This document shows positions 51,991 to 64,000 of a DNA stretch of 64,000 nucleotides, piece by piece. This DNA comes from Octopus sinensis (Eukaryota). The notes beneath the pieces were generated by a model. It searched no databases. It had not been told where the DNA came from and saw only the letters and a program-made list of their open reading frames with translations. The stretch spans positions 114,824,001 through 114,888,000 of the forward strand of contig NC_043001.1 of the NCBI RefSeq assembly GCF_006345805.1. The letters run 5' to 3'. Each line of letters begins with the position of its first letter. Position 1 is the stretch's first letter. The position numbers and the translations under genes were made by a program.

Positions 51991-52974
51991 CGCTCTAACT
52001 ACAAGTCAGAGTCGTTAGAGTGTTGCAGTGATTGCCTTGCAGTATTTCTTGCGATATTTAGACTATCAGTTCTAATCCGGCCGAGTTCAACCTCACCTTT
52101 CATCTTTTCCGGATCAATGAAAGGCTGTGGATTGACGGGAATGTTAGATGGTTGGACGAGATATTCAAGCAGTCTCGGCTCTCTGTATTTTCACACCAAT
52201 GCCAGCAATGATATTAATTTCAAATTTTGGCACAAGTCCATCAATTTTGGGGCAAGGTGTGCGTTGCTTACTCTAGTATTCCACTGGTACTTATTTTATC
52301 GGGTCCAAAAGGATGAAATGCAAAGTCAACCTCGGCGGAATTTTAGCTCAAAATGCAATGACAGGTGAAATGTCAGTAATCATTTTTCCCGGCTTGGTCA
52401 CGATTCTGTCAGCTCACCACCTTAATACCGGCAATGATATTAGCACTAATATGTATCGACGCAAGCAGCATTTTCGTAGGATAAACATAGATGGAGCAGA
52501 GAAGGTCCATATTCAAACATCGACAACTGTCGGAGTTACCCACATAATGTTGTCCATTTCTACACGCATAAATATATTGATACAGGCATGGTTCTATGTT
52601 TGAATATCTTGATCTGCAATCATGTTCTTTCAGCTTGATTTGTACTGTTCAGGACCTTGAGCAAGTGGCTTCTACGATAGCACCGGGCCGTCTAGTACCT
52701 AGTGAGTTAATTTCTTAGGCAAGAAACTGCATAGAAAACTGTTTTATTTATGCGTGTGTGTGTGTGTGTGAGCGTACAAGTATGTCATTGTGTTAGGGTT
52801 TATACACTCCAACACAGCGTGAGAACTTGTAATATCCTGTTTACGTTCCAGTAACCTAGTGATTTGTCAAAAGATACAGACAGAATAAGCACCAGATTTA
52901 AATGAAAAAGAAAAAAGACATGGAAGGGGTGATGCATACCCTGCGAACAGACAATTTTTTTCTTACATTATAAT

Positions 52975-53136
52975 ATGACTTACAATGCGTTGCTTACCCA
53001 TGCTTTTTAACTGAACTAATTAAGTATCACCATTATAGTTATCTATACATCGGTGAAATTAAGAAAAAAACTCGTAAATAAGCGAAACCCTCAAATCCAT
53101 CACTGAACACATAGATGCGCGCGTACAAACAGCACG

Positions 53137-53206
<70 letters not shown>

Positions 53207-53410
53207 CTCATATCTATATATGTATTTAAGTATGTTTGATGATAATCAAGCCAAATTTTCATCATTTCGAGCCACTCACCTAATGAGTATTTCTGCCAAA
53301 TGTGGTGAAAATCAGTTCAGCAGTTTTCCAGTTATTTTGCAAACACACAGACAAACAGCTTAAGACAAGTGATTACAATAGTCAGCTTTCGCTTACACGC
53401 GCAGGGTAAA
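52975..53410 (-). mobile_element. Helentron-type non-autonomous element (HINE/DINE-like) with internal (GT)n
   Basis: Homologous end to end with 58830-59315 (ctgtttgtctgtgtgtttg...accacatttggcagaaatactcat...aaagcatgggtaagcaacgcattgtaag). Confidence 0.68.
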
Positions 53411-53962
53411 TATCCAAATTTTTAAAAATATATCGCTAATAAAAGGAGAACATTTTCTCTCATAGTTAGAAATAGAAATGCAAAAGGGAGAGAGAAGGTA
53501 CTGCAAACGCGGTAGCAAATCATACTTACAGCAATACTGCCGCTTATAACTGTGAACTATACACCAGCGTGGGAAACTAATTAGAGCTAAATAGACTACG
53601 CCACGAGAGTTAATTGCCATGGCATTGGCAATTAATGCAGTGTCTGTGACAAGGCTGTAATTAGTAAGATTCTGAACTAAGAACGGCCAAGGTAAATGCT
53701 TCAAGGCATTATAATTATTATTATAATGACTATAATGAATATTGCTACTAATACTACTGTTATGAATACTCGACCCAATGAATGTGTACCTACATATGTT
53801 CTTGATATATATGGAATAGCAACCAAATCGTGCTCAAGTTTCTGATATAGAAAACGTATGACATATTGGATGTTATAATCCTAGATACAATAGGTCGCAA
53901 TATTATTTTTAGAGATGTAACGATCCTGAAGATGTTATCGAAAGTTTGTGTGTATGTGTTTG

Positions 53963-54002
<40 letters not shown>

Positions 54003-54975
54003 TTTAAGAGTAAGAAAGCCAACATCGACTTTTCCCTTGTACAAAAACAACGGTGGCGTTAAATGAGACGACTTGAATGCATGGCCGGCTGTCCATCTTT
54101 CTCAAAAGTATCTCGCCAAGATCTGCACATAAATGTGCTAATGCATAATAATCCCCTAAATAATTAACAGCAACAGGATGCAATATAAACTGATTTAGCT
54201 TCTGTTTTTCTCAGGTTGATCGACAGCGCCTAGTATTTCATTGTGGTTCGTGGATTACTCAGTTTTTCAAACTAGAAAATGGACGTCTGTTTTAAGCATA
54301 CTGGCTGAGTCGATAAAACATCATATAGAATACCTTGCGTTATTTTTCCCTAATCTCTCCCATCGAGGTCATCTATAACTATCATTCTAGGGTTGTTTCA
54401 ATCTTTTCATTTGACACAACATATTCTGAGTTCAAATCCTATGATGACCTATTTGTGTGGTAGTCTTTGTCTGTTTAGCACTACAACCTAGCATCCAAGC
54501 AGCATTTCGTTGTAGCATTTCCATCAGAAATTTTCGGGCCACCCTCACATTTCGAGATTAACCTGCAACCAGTCATGGAGGTTTTGCCATTCATCTTCAT
54601 TAAGGGATTGAAAATATTTGTTTACGAGGAGTAAGCATCAGCTGACCATTAGTAGAAATTTGATAAGGAAAGCTTCTATGAACGGCGTGGAACTTTTGTC
54701 TTCTAGTGCAGGAGTCGCACGATGTTAAACTATTTATGCGTTAGTATGAACTAAATCTAGTATGCATGCACACACACAACACAAACACTCACACACATAA
54801 ATATACATTCACATATATATAAATAATATATATATATATATATATAACGGGAAGCTTTATGAAAATAAACAAAGACGAAGGCAGGTGGAAAACAAACGAA
54901 CAATTGTATTAGTATGGCGCTCAGGAAATATAAATAAAACAAGTCTTTAACGTTTCGAGCCTACGCTCTTCAACA

Positions 54976-55043
<68 letters not shown>

Positions 55044-55554
55044 CACATATATATGCATATATATATATGTATATATATATTCGTATGTATGAATTGGTTA
55101 TTATGGTATTACGCACGCGTGCATAGATACGCATATATACTCATATGCATATTACATATATTTCCACATTACACAAGGGAAACATAAACGCAGTAACTAA
55201 TATATAAAAGAACTGAAAATGAAAATAACAAAACATGTCTGTTTGGTGGTGTTGACTAACTCTAGGTAAAAGATCTAAGACGGTGGTCACTTTAATGTTC
55301 AACCTCGGACTAAATTTATCGGTGATTATTTGAAACATTTGCATTTCTCAAAGCTCTGCAGCTCCATTGCTGCGAGAGTTTATGGTGATATTTATCTTTC
55401 ATAAAGCCATTAATTATCCATGTGTACAATTCAAAGTGAAAGTAGGTTTTCTTGTCGTCTAGACATAAGATGAAATTTAATATGTGCGTCTACGTACGTG
55501 TGTGAGTATGTGTTTGTGATTGTTAGTATGCATATTTGCTTTACTCTCACATGT

Positions 55555-55629
<75 letters not shown>

Positions 55630-55637
<8 letters not shown>

Positions 55638-55790
55638 CATGCTGAAAAAATGCTGGCAATAAATATAATAGGTGTTATATTTTACATATCATATATATCC
55701 CGAGTGGTTTTCAGTAAATATTTGAATGTCTTTACGCATAATTATATGTATAAACCTCGTATTAATAGAACCACATACACACACACACAC

Positions 55791-55831
<41 letters not shown>

Positions 55832-55915
55832 TATATTAATATCTGTATATATACATATATATATACATACATACACACATATATATATATATATATAATA
55901 TATATATATATATAT

Positions 55916-55950
<35 letters not shown>

Positions 55951-56084
55951 CATGCTGAAAAAATGCTGGCAATAAATATAATAGGTGTTATATTTTACAT
56001 ATCATATATATCCCGAGTGGTTTTCAGTAAATATTTGAATGTCTTTACGCATAATTATATGTATAAACCTCGTATTAATAGAAC

Positions 56085-56155
<71 letters not shown>

Positions 56156-56196
56156 TATATTAATATCTGTATATATACATATATATATACATACAT

Positions 56197-56238
<42 letters not shown>
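55630..56238. repeat. Tandem duplication, period about 315 bp
   Basis: catacatgctgaaaaaatgctggcaataaat occurs at about 55634 and 55948. The non-microsatellite parts are identical. Confidence 0.92.
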
Positions 56239-56241
<3 letters not shown>

Positions 56242-56944
56242 TGCGTGTAAATTTAAGCACGTGTCTGCCTGCTTATCTGCCGCTGTGTCTGTACACTATT
56301 ACGTATTAATGGCTTTTAAATATTTGAGCAGATATACTTGATTAACAGTTATATGTGCATTTACAGTTCACACTTCATACAGCCAGCCATGGATATTTAC
56401 ACACTTGCGCTGACGCATACATATACACGTTATGTATGTATGTACGTACATGTCTATAATATTGATTCTTTGGTTGCACAAAATGAACTGTCGCTAGAGT
56501 AGAAATTAAAACAGTACATGTTGAGTAATTAAAACATTTTTTGAGTGACAAGCTTAGGATAGTTTTGCTCTCTAATGGCCCTATCCCATGAATATTTATT
56601 TGCATATTAGACACCATAGCTCTTCCAAATCACTTTTGTATGATAATGTTAATAATAAACATTTGCAAACAACTTTGTTCAGAACGAAATTTAATATAAC
56701 AACAGTTGTTTTAGCATCTATTCGGAAATAAACCCCTATACATGTTTATAATATGCCTCCCTTTTCTAGTAATTTTCTAAAACTAACAAATCATAGTTGT
56801 AATTTTCCTGCTTTAAATAAGAGTAGATATACATATATATATATACACACACACACACACATATATATATATATTATATATATATATACATACACACATA
56901 TATATATATATATATATATAAACCCTTTACATACATATATACAT

Positions 56945-56991
<47 letters not shown>

Positions 56992-57727
56992 TGCGTGTAA
57001 ATTTAAGCACGTGTCTGCCTGCTTATCTGCCGCTGTGTCTGTACACTATTACGTATTAATGGCTTTTAAATATTTGAGCAGATATACTTGATTAACAGTT
57101 ATATGTGCATTTACAGTTCACACTTCATACAGCCAGCCATGGATATTTACACACTTGCGCTGACGCATACATATACACGTTATGTATGTATGTACGTACA
57201 TGTCTATAATATTGATTCTTTGGTTGCACAAAATGAACTGTCGCTAGAGTAGAAATTAAAACAGTACATGTTGAGTAATTAAAACATTTTTTGAGTGACA
57301 AGCTTAGGATAGTTTTGCTCTCTAATGGCCCTATCCCATGAATATTTATTTGCATATTAGACACCATAGCTCTTCCAAATCACTTTTGTATGATAATGTT
57401 AATAATAAACATTTGCAAACAACTTTGTTCAGAACGAAATTTAATATAACAACAGTTGTTTTAGCATCTATTCGGAAATAAACCCCTATACATGTTTATA
57501 ATATGCCTCCCTTTTCTAGTAATTTTCTAAAACTAACAAATCATAGTTGTAATTTTCCTGCTTTAAATAAGAGTAGATATACATATATATATATACACAC
57601 ACACACACACATATATATATATATTTATTTATTTATACATACACACATATATATATATATATATATATAAACCCTTTACATACATATATACATACACACA
57701 CATATACATACATATATACATACACAC

Positions 57728-57740
<13 letters not shown>
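56239..57740. repeat. Tandem duplication, period 750 bp
   Basis: gcgtgcgtgtaaatttaagcacg occurs at 56239 and 56989. The unique parts appear identical. Confidence 0.95.
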
Positions 57741-57825
<85 letters not shown>

Positions 57826-57999
57826 ATAGGTATATACTTTCATACGTGTGTGTGTGTTTGCGTCTGTGTGTAGCAGAACTGTTTATTACATTAATTTTAA
57901 TTAAATATTAGACATCTTGTCAATTTAGGTGTTCTCACCTTTAAAACTAATAAATTGGCTCACCAGAGTTTTTCTTAGCATCAAGTTACATGCCATAGT

Positions 58000-58560
58000 T
58001 GTTAGCCAGTTTAGTTGCAGATATCGGTTGGGTCCAGCTGTCAAATCATATGGTTGCAACAGAAATTGTTTCCAACGCAGGAAAATTCATTTTTGTCTGT
58101 GGAGCCTCCCCATGGTTATAAAAACAGGAGTTTATCACGCTATTGATCTTTGGACCAGCCGCCAATGCACTAGACACCAGCAAGTGTCACAGCTGTTTTC
58201 AGCCAGTTGTCGCCTGTTTTCATCGTTACAGCAACAGAGAGCAGAGCACAGCCACAGCATTAGACCCAACAGTACTGAAGTCATTTGAATGTTTGTCCTA
58301 GGCTGTGGTATTAACATTATTCCCTTTGGCAATTTGCTATTATTACTGTGAATAAAGATAGAGTGATCTGAGAATAGTACGCCTGATTTTCGAAAATATG
58401 GCATTCGGAATTCTTCCCTTGCAACAAAACAATATCTCCCAATGCATTTCAGTACCAGTCCTGATTCCAGAATTTAGGATACTTAACTGGTCTTTAGAAG
58501 GAATCCACACCATTAGATGTTAAAAGCTGCAAGGAACTGACAACAAGTGAAAATCTCCAC
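58000..58560 (+). pseudogene. Possible heavily decayed RTE-like RT fragment
   Basis: Scattered motifs (STATAL, KYGI, SPD...FRI) in plausible order across frameshifts. Confidence 0.3.
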
Positions 58561-58788
58561 AGAAATAGTAATATCGCCGGGCTCTACCTAAGAAGAGATA
58601 AGGGATGCTAAGAAGAGATAAGGGATGCTAAGAAGAGATAAGTTATGCTTGTAAGTAGATACTTGTATTTAGTGCAGACAGCCTTTGAATATCGTATAGT
58701 CTCTTTCAGACGGCACTTACTAAACAACAACAGCAAAAATAAATACTGAGTGGAATAAAATCAACGTAACAATCATTAGACATTTTAT

Positions 58789-58819
<31 letters not shown>

Positions 58820-58829
58820 TACTTTATTA

Positions 58830-59315
58830 TAATCCTGCGCGCATAAAAGAAAGCAGTGTATTTTAATCACTCTTTTGGTCTGTTTGTCTGTGTGTTTGTA
58901 AAACTACTGGAACATGCTTGAACGGATTTTTACCACATTTGGCAGAAATACTCATCCGGTGAGTGGATCGAAATGATTAACATTTGATTTGATTCTTACA
59001 AATGTCCCGACAAGCACGAGTGTGTAGATCATGGTGTACCTATGCGCGTAGGGAGGTGTGTGTACATACATACATGTGCAACTGTGTGTGAGTATATACG
59101 TGAGTGTGTGGGTGTGCGTGTGCGTGTTTGCATGTGTGTGTGTGTGTGTACACTGATGGATTCGAGGGTTTCGTATATTTTCGAGTTGATTTCTTAATTT
59201 CACCAGAGTATAAATACCTATAATGGTGATACTTAAAAAAGAAAGTAAAAGTTAATCCAGTCCAATTAAAAAGCATGGGTAAGCAACGCATTGTAAGCCA
59301 CTCTGTAATTTGCGA
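58830..59315 (+). mobile_element. Helentron-type non-autonomous element, second copy
   Basis: See 52975-53410. Confidence 0.68.
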
Positions 59316-59463
59316 AAAAAGTTATCTGCGCGCAGGGTCTGCATCGCCCCTCCGGAATCATGCAACATCGTGTGTTTTAAAAGAAGATAGCGTAATATTT
59401 CGGAATGGTCGTCTTTTTTCTTGCCAAATCAACACACGCAATATAATTTCGCTTTTCACTTGT

Positions 59464-59851
59464 TTATTATTACCTCTACATTAGCGAAGGTAGAGTTATT
59501 GTTTCAGTCGTGTTTGTTTGTTTGTTTGTTTGTTTGTCTGTGGACAGCATATCTCAAGAACCGCTGGATGGATTCGGATGAAATTTTCAAGGGTAATGGG
59601 CCTTGTGACTGGCATGAATTGGTTAGATTTGGGGATTGATCGGGTACCGAACAAGGATTCAGGATTATTTTTCCTATTTTTTAACTTAATTTTTGTGAGC
59701 GGTCGAGTTCATTTTTAGTATTATCCTTTGTGAGAGAGGTTCAGTTTATTTCAGATATTCTCATTTTAAAAATCATCTCTGGCTCATTATTGAGAGGTCA
59801 TTGGTGTTGCCTTAGCGGATGTTTGCGCTCTCTGAGTGCTTTCGTTGTCTT
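59464..59851 (+). mobile_element. HINE/DINE-1-like element of a second family
   Basis: 5' ttattacctc...gaagg, (GTTT)n, ggattcggatgaaattttca, and 3' ccttagcggatgtttgcgctctctgagtgcttt. This is the typical Helentron-associated layout. Confidence 0.72.
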
Positions 59852-59949
59852 TATAATATGTCCATTGTCTGGAAATCTTTCGTCACACAATTATGACATC
59901 TTCGGCGACCCTCCATACCATGTGTGTTCTCTTGTGCTGTTTAGTTCTG

Positions 59950-60027
<78 letters not shown>

Positions 60028-60031
60028 TATA

Positions 60032-60070
<39 letters not shown>

Positions 60071-60269
60071 AATTTTGTTCATCATGTCCACATACGTGTG
60101 TATTCATCATTATTTCATTCAGTTTTAGAAACAATTCTTCAATTTTGGAGCTTATGGAACTTATTTTGATGCGTAACATTAACGTAGTTTTGAAAATGGA
60201 AGAGATCAATATCCTACATGTCGGCAGCGACCTCCTAAGGAAGTAATCTCTTCCGGATGACCTCCCATT

Positions 60270-60570
60270 TAAACTCAAAACATCCGGACTAAAATACCTC
60301 CAGGAAGATCTTGATGTGGAACGGCCAGCAAATCAAAACATGTATGTACCATTATAGAGGCCAGCTGATCTACGTTTGTGAATATGTCCTTGGAGATCCA
60401 GAAGAATGATGATAAGTATGGAAAATGCTTCGAAACCTCCAGATTCTCTAACCAGATAATAAACTCACACTTATACCAATAGTAATTGGGGCACCAGGTT
60501 CTGAGAGCCTTAAGTGGCAGTCTGGATACGCTAGGATTTTCAGGAAAAGAAATCAACCATCGAACTTGCT
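60270..60570 (+). pseudogene. Decayed restriction-like endonuclease domain of an RLE-type (R4-like) LINE
   Basis: WN...KTC, IIEAS and LRNLQIL*PDNKLTLIPIVIGAPG across frameshifts. Confidence 0.62.
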
Positions 60571-61727
60571 AATACACTCTGTTACTAATACACTCTGTTA
60601 GTAACACAGTAAAAATATGCAAGACTTTTCTCAAGTTTAAAATGTGACAGTTTTTCTTATCTACATTTCGACGATGGAGCTTTGTATCATTGTTAGAAAC
60701 CAACTTCTTTCTCGGTGAAAAATTACAAATAATTAAGAACAGTAGAAAATGCATACATACATACATACATACATACATACATAGGAAGACAGTATGTGGA
60801 AGTTAGAGAGATGTTTAGACAAGTAAACAGGCAGATAAATGGATAGATAATTAGATATATACTACGCTACACACCTGTATGCATGTGCACATACATACAT
60901 ACATACATACACAAAAAATAAATTTCTCTGAACAACAAATATTACATACAAAATTTAATAAGAATCTGTCTATTTCTATTATTCTCGTAGTACTTTTATC
61001 TCTGTTGCTATTTGTGGTTTCTTAGTTTGCAAATCAAAAGTAGTGTACGTGAACATAATTTGCCTGTGTAACGTTGAAACATCGAATCTGAAAGACCAGG
61101 TGAAATATAATACAAACGCCAAAGGAAATGGAAACATCCGAAGAATCTTTTATCACTTTCATCAATCAACTTATTACATATTTATCTCTACAGTCATTTC
61201 TTTATTCTAATAACCTATATTTTATAAGGCTTCTGTAAATGTAGCTCTATCTATTTTGTATGGATTCTTGTTATTTGTAATCTCGTTCAATACAACGGCT
61301 GTTGTCTTGCTGAAGTTTTCGACAGCAAAGGGAATCATAGTTGACGAATTCAAATACAGATGTAATAGCTAATGTTTCGAATCTTCCGGTGTGCTTACAG
61401 AAGTGATGTCAAATGGAATTGTTTCTTCATGAAACGATGGTACTGGTTCAACAATCGGGAGTTCGTATTACGGTAGAACATCGCTGAGATGTACCCTTGT
61501 TCCCAAATGTTATTAAAACCATTTAGTATGCGTAGCTAAGAAGTTCGCTGCGCAGGCTTAACGAAAAGTTCTATCTCAATGTAGAACCTACGTATAGCTT
61601 CAGATTGTCCAATTCCTTAGGAGCAAAATCTGAGAGACAAAAACTATACTGTAGTGCGTTGTGTATATGTATGTATGCACGTATATTATATATAAGTAAG
61701 ATTCAGCTGAATTAGTTACTTAAGTTG

Positions 61728-61734
<7 letters not shown>

Positions 61735-61760
<26 letters not shown>

Positions 61761-63255
61761 ATTTGGCTCAAAAGCAAATAGCAAGGCCATGTAGGGGGAC
61801 ATGGAGTTAAGTACAGGGTGGTGTTCATGTAAAGAGTTCAGGCCACTTGAGGTCCAGGGAGGCTTTGAACAAAGCGGTCGTCGGCATCTTCACCATCTCG
61901 TCTGGCAGCTTGTTCCACGGATCCGCAACCCGGACGGAGAAAGCTCCTCTCCTTCGATTGAGATGAAATCGTCGCAGGTAGAGCTTTTCGGAATGACCCC
62001 GCAGCCGACGCTCTGGAGCAGGAGTGAAGAACAGCTCTTTCGAGAGGTTACACTTCCGCTTATGATGTTGTGGGCGAGAATGAGATCACCACGGCGGCGG
62101 CGTTTTTCAAGAGAATAAAGGTCGAGCGTCCTCAGCCTTTCTTCGTAGGACAAATTTTTGAGACCATGAACCATGCGGGTAGCCAGCTTCTGGACTCTTT
62201 CGAGATGCTGTATGTCTTTGAGGAGATAAGGAGAAGAGGCTTGAATCCCGTACTCCAATATGGGTCTCACCAGCGTGACATAGAGTGGTAGGAATATGGC
62301 TGCTGTGAGCATTCCGAATGACCGTCGAATCAAGAACAGAATTCCACGTGCTTTGTTGGCAGCATGGACGCACTGGGCCGAAGGCGAAAAGGAGGAATCC
62401 ACCAAGATACCCAGGTCCTTTACCTGATCGGTCCTCTCCAGCAGCAGACGACCCGGCTCGAAATCAAGTTGAATTGTAGGAGTAGAGCCGACAGGCAGAT
62501 GACAGCACTTTGACACGTTCAGACACAGGTCCCAATCGTTAGACCACTTCCAAATTTGGTGGAGGCATCGACGAAGATCCTCTATATTACCGCGAGGAGC
62601 GACCAGTTTGGTATCGTCAGCAAATAGAAGGGTGTGTTGCGTGAGGTCGTCGGGCAAGTCATTTATGAAGACTAAGAACAACAAGGGCCAAAGCACTGAA
62701 CCTTGAGGCACGCCACTGCTCGCACTGGAGACGTCAGACCGCGAACCATTAACTTGGACTTGGAAGGAGCGATCTGAGAGGAAGGCACCAACCCATCGTA
62801 CAATATCCGGATGGAAACTATATGCTTGAAGCTTGACAAGTAATAGGCGGTGGTTTACCGAGTCAAAATCTTTGGCAAAGTCCAATTAAACGATGTCAAC
62901 AGCATCACTATCATCGAGGATGCGCGTCACCAATTCTTCCATTACTAGTAAGTTGGTCAAGCATGATCTCTTCGGCACGAAGCCGTGTTGGGAATCGGAG
63001 ATAGAGGCTGTGTTTAGGAGGTGGAGCATCATACTTTTCTTAAGGATGGTTTCGAACATCTTGCTGATTATTGATGTAAGGGAAACCGGTCGGTAGCTCC
63101 GCGGCTCCCTTTCTTGAAAATTGGGCAGATTATCGCTGTTCTCCAGTCTGCAGGTATAACACCCGTCGCCAATGACATATTGAATAGTCGTGTTAAGGGC
63201 TCGCAGATGACTGGAGCCAACGCTTTGATAACCTTACGAGGCACCTCGTAAGGTC
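61735..63255 (-). mobile_element. 5'-truncated CR1-clade LINE (RT domain) with (TAAC)n tail
   Basis: DWRTAIICPIFKKG, YRPVSLTS, DFAKDFDSVNH, GVPQGSVL, LLFADDTKL, KDLGI and AFSVRVADPWNKLP. Frameshifts near 63100, 62885 and 62040. Tail at about 61735-61760. Confidence 0.93.
61890..62885 (-). pseudogene. Reverse transcriptase (CR1 ORF2 fragment, 331 aa open)
   Basis: FADD catalytic motif is present; the frame is broken at both ends. Confidence 0.9.
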
Positions 63256-63764
63256 GGTATAATGTACACACGCAACAATATTATGTAAATGTAGACTATA
63301 TTACAGTAGTAACGACAGAAGGGTACTTCTGTAGTGCATGCAGACAATTTGACCCAGCTGAGAATATAATCCTCTCGTTAAATATACAGTCCATAGTATA
63401 CTTCATAATTTGCGAAGAGCATGTTCCGAGATAAGTGAATAAAATATAAATAATTATTTCGGTATATATCCATTCTGTCAACTGAAATAGTTGCAGAATC
63501 TTTGAAAATGTTTTGCCACATAGATTTTAAAATATGTTAAATCATTTGGAATGTCCTTGAACGTAAAACTCATGTATTCATCTGAAGAAAACGGTTTCTT
63601 TATAATGATATAATGTACTTGTTAATCAATTAAAGGAGGTGTTAGAAACGACCAAAATGAATTGACACATGTTCTTCAATAGTTATATACATACATACAT
63701 ACATACATACATACTACATACATACATACATACATACATGCATATAATTACAGCAGCTCCAGCG

Positions 63765-63900
63765 AAATTTGTCGAACCATCTGGTTATTGTACTGTGATT
63801 AATTGTGCGTTCCCCTTTCGGACAGTAATAGATTTTGTTTGCGTCCACGGATTTATAACCCAGTTCGAACTCGTAAAGCGTAAGTTCTCGAATTAGACTA
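63765..63900 (-). pseudogene. Mariner transposase N-terminal (HTH) fragment
   Basis: LYEFELGYKSVDANKIYYCPKGERTINHSTITRWFDKFR. Confidence 0.75.
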
Positions 63901-64000
63901 CGTTGCACGATCATCTGCAGGGCTTTCAAATCACACATGGAGTGAAGCAATGCACGCCATGTCAGAGCACCAACCACCATGATACTACAAACCTCAGAGG

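Noticed and set aside
58590-58645. Short local tandem repeats (20-bp x3 here; 16-bp at 18570-18610; 11-bp at 7305-7340; about 27-bp at 9460-9530)
   Set aside because: Ordinary slippage duplications with no further structure.
63231-63254. 11-bp hairpin accttacgagg/cctcgtaaggt at the 5' truncation of the CR1 copy, suggesting snap-back priming
   Set aside because: The same bases nearly encode the expected LINE motif GPDEVPRK, so the hairpin may be native sequence. This cannot be decided without a consensus.

Overview
This is AT-rich, microsatellite-saturated animal genomic DNA. The SINE families suggest an octopus or other coleoid cephalopod; that assignment is inference. I could not support any host protein-coding exon, and almost all ORF-track entries are translations of (TA)n, (CA)n, (TATG)n, (TAGA)n, (TAA)n or (TAG)n tracts. 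The window is a mosaic of mobile DNA: at least four tRNA-derived SINE families, CR1-like, R4/Dong-like and possibly RTE-like LINE remnants, mariner and Helitron/Helentron remnants, a MITE, and three copies of an ORF1-only ('half-LINE') L1/Tx1-like element. The main unexplained signal is a dense set of type I hammerhead ribozyme (HHR) motifs: about 16 motifs in 5-6 sequence families. Each family has its own self-complementary stem III (ACAUAUGU, ACACGUGU, ACUC-G-GAGU, ACUAGU, ACGU, ACCGGU). Several sit as back-to-back, outward-facing pairs in long DNA palindromes, usually next to (TA)n tracts. This fits non-autonomous Penelope-like or retrozyme-like retroelements. Three near-identical tandem duplications have junctions in microsatellites and may be assembly artefacts. 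All homology calls are from motif recognition by eye, not from database searches.
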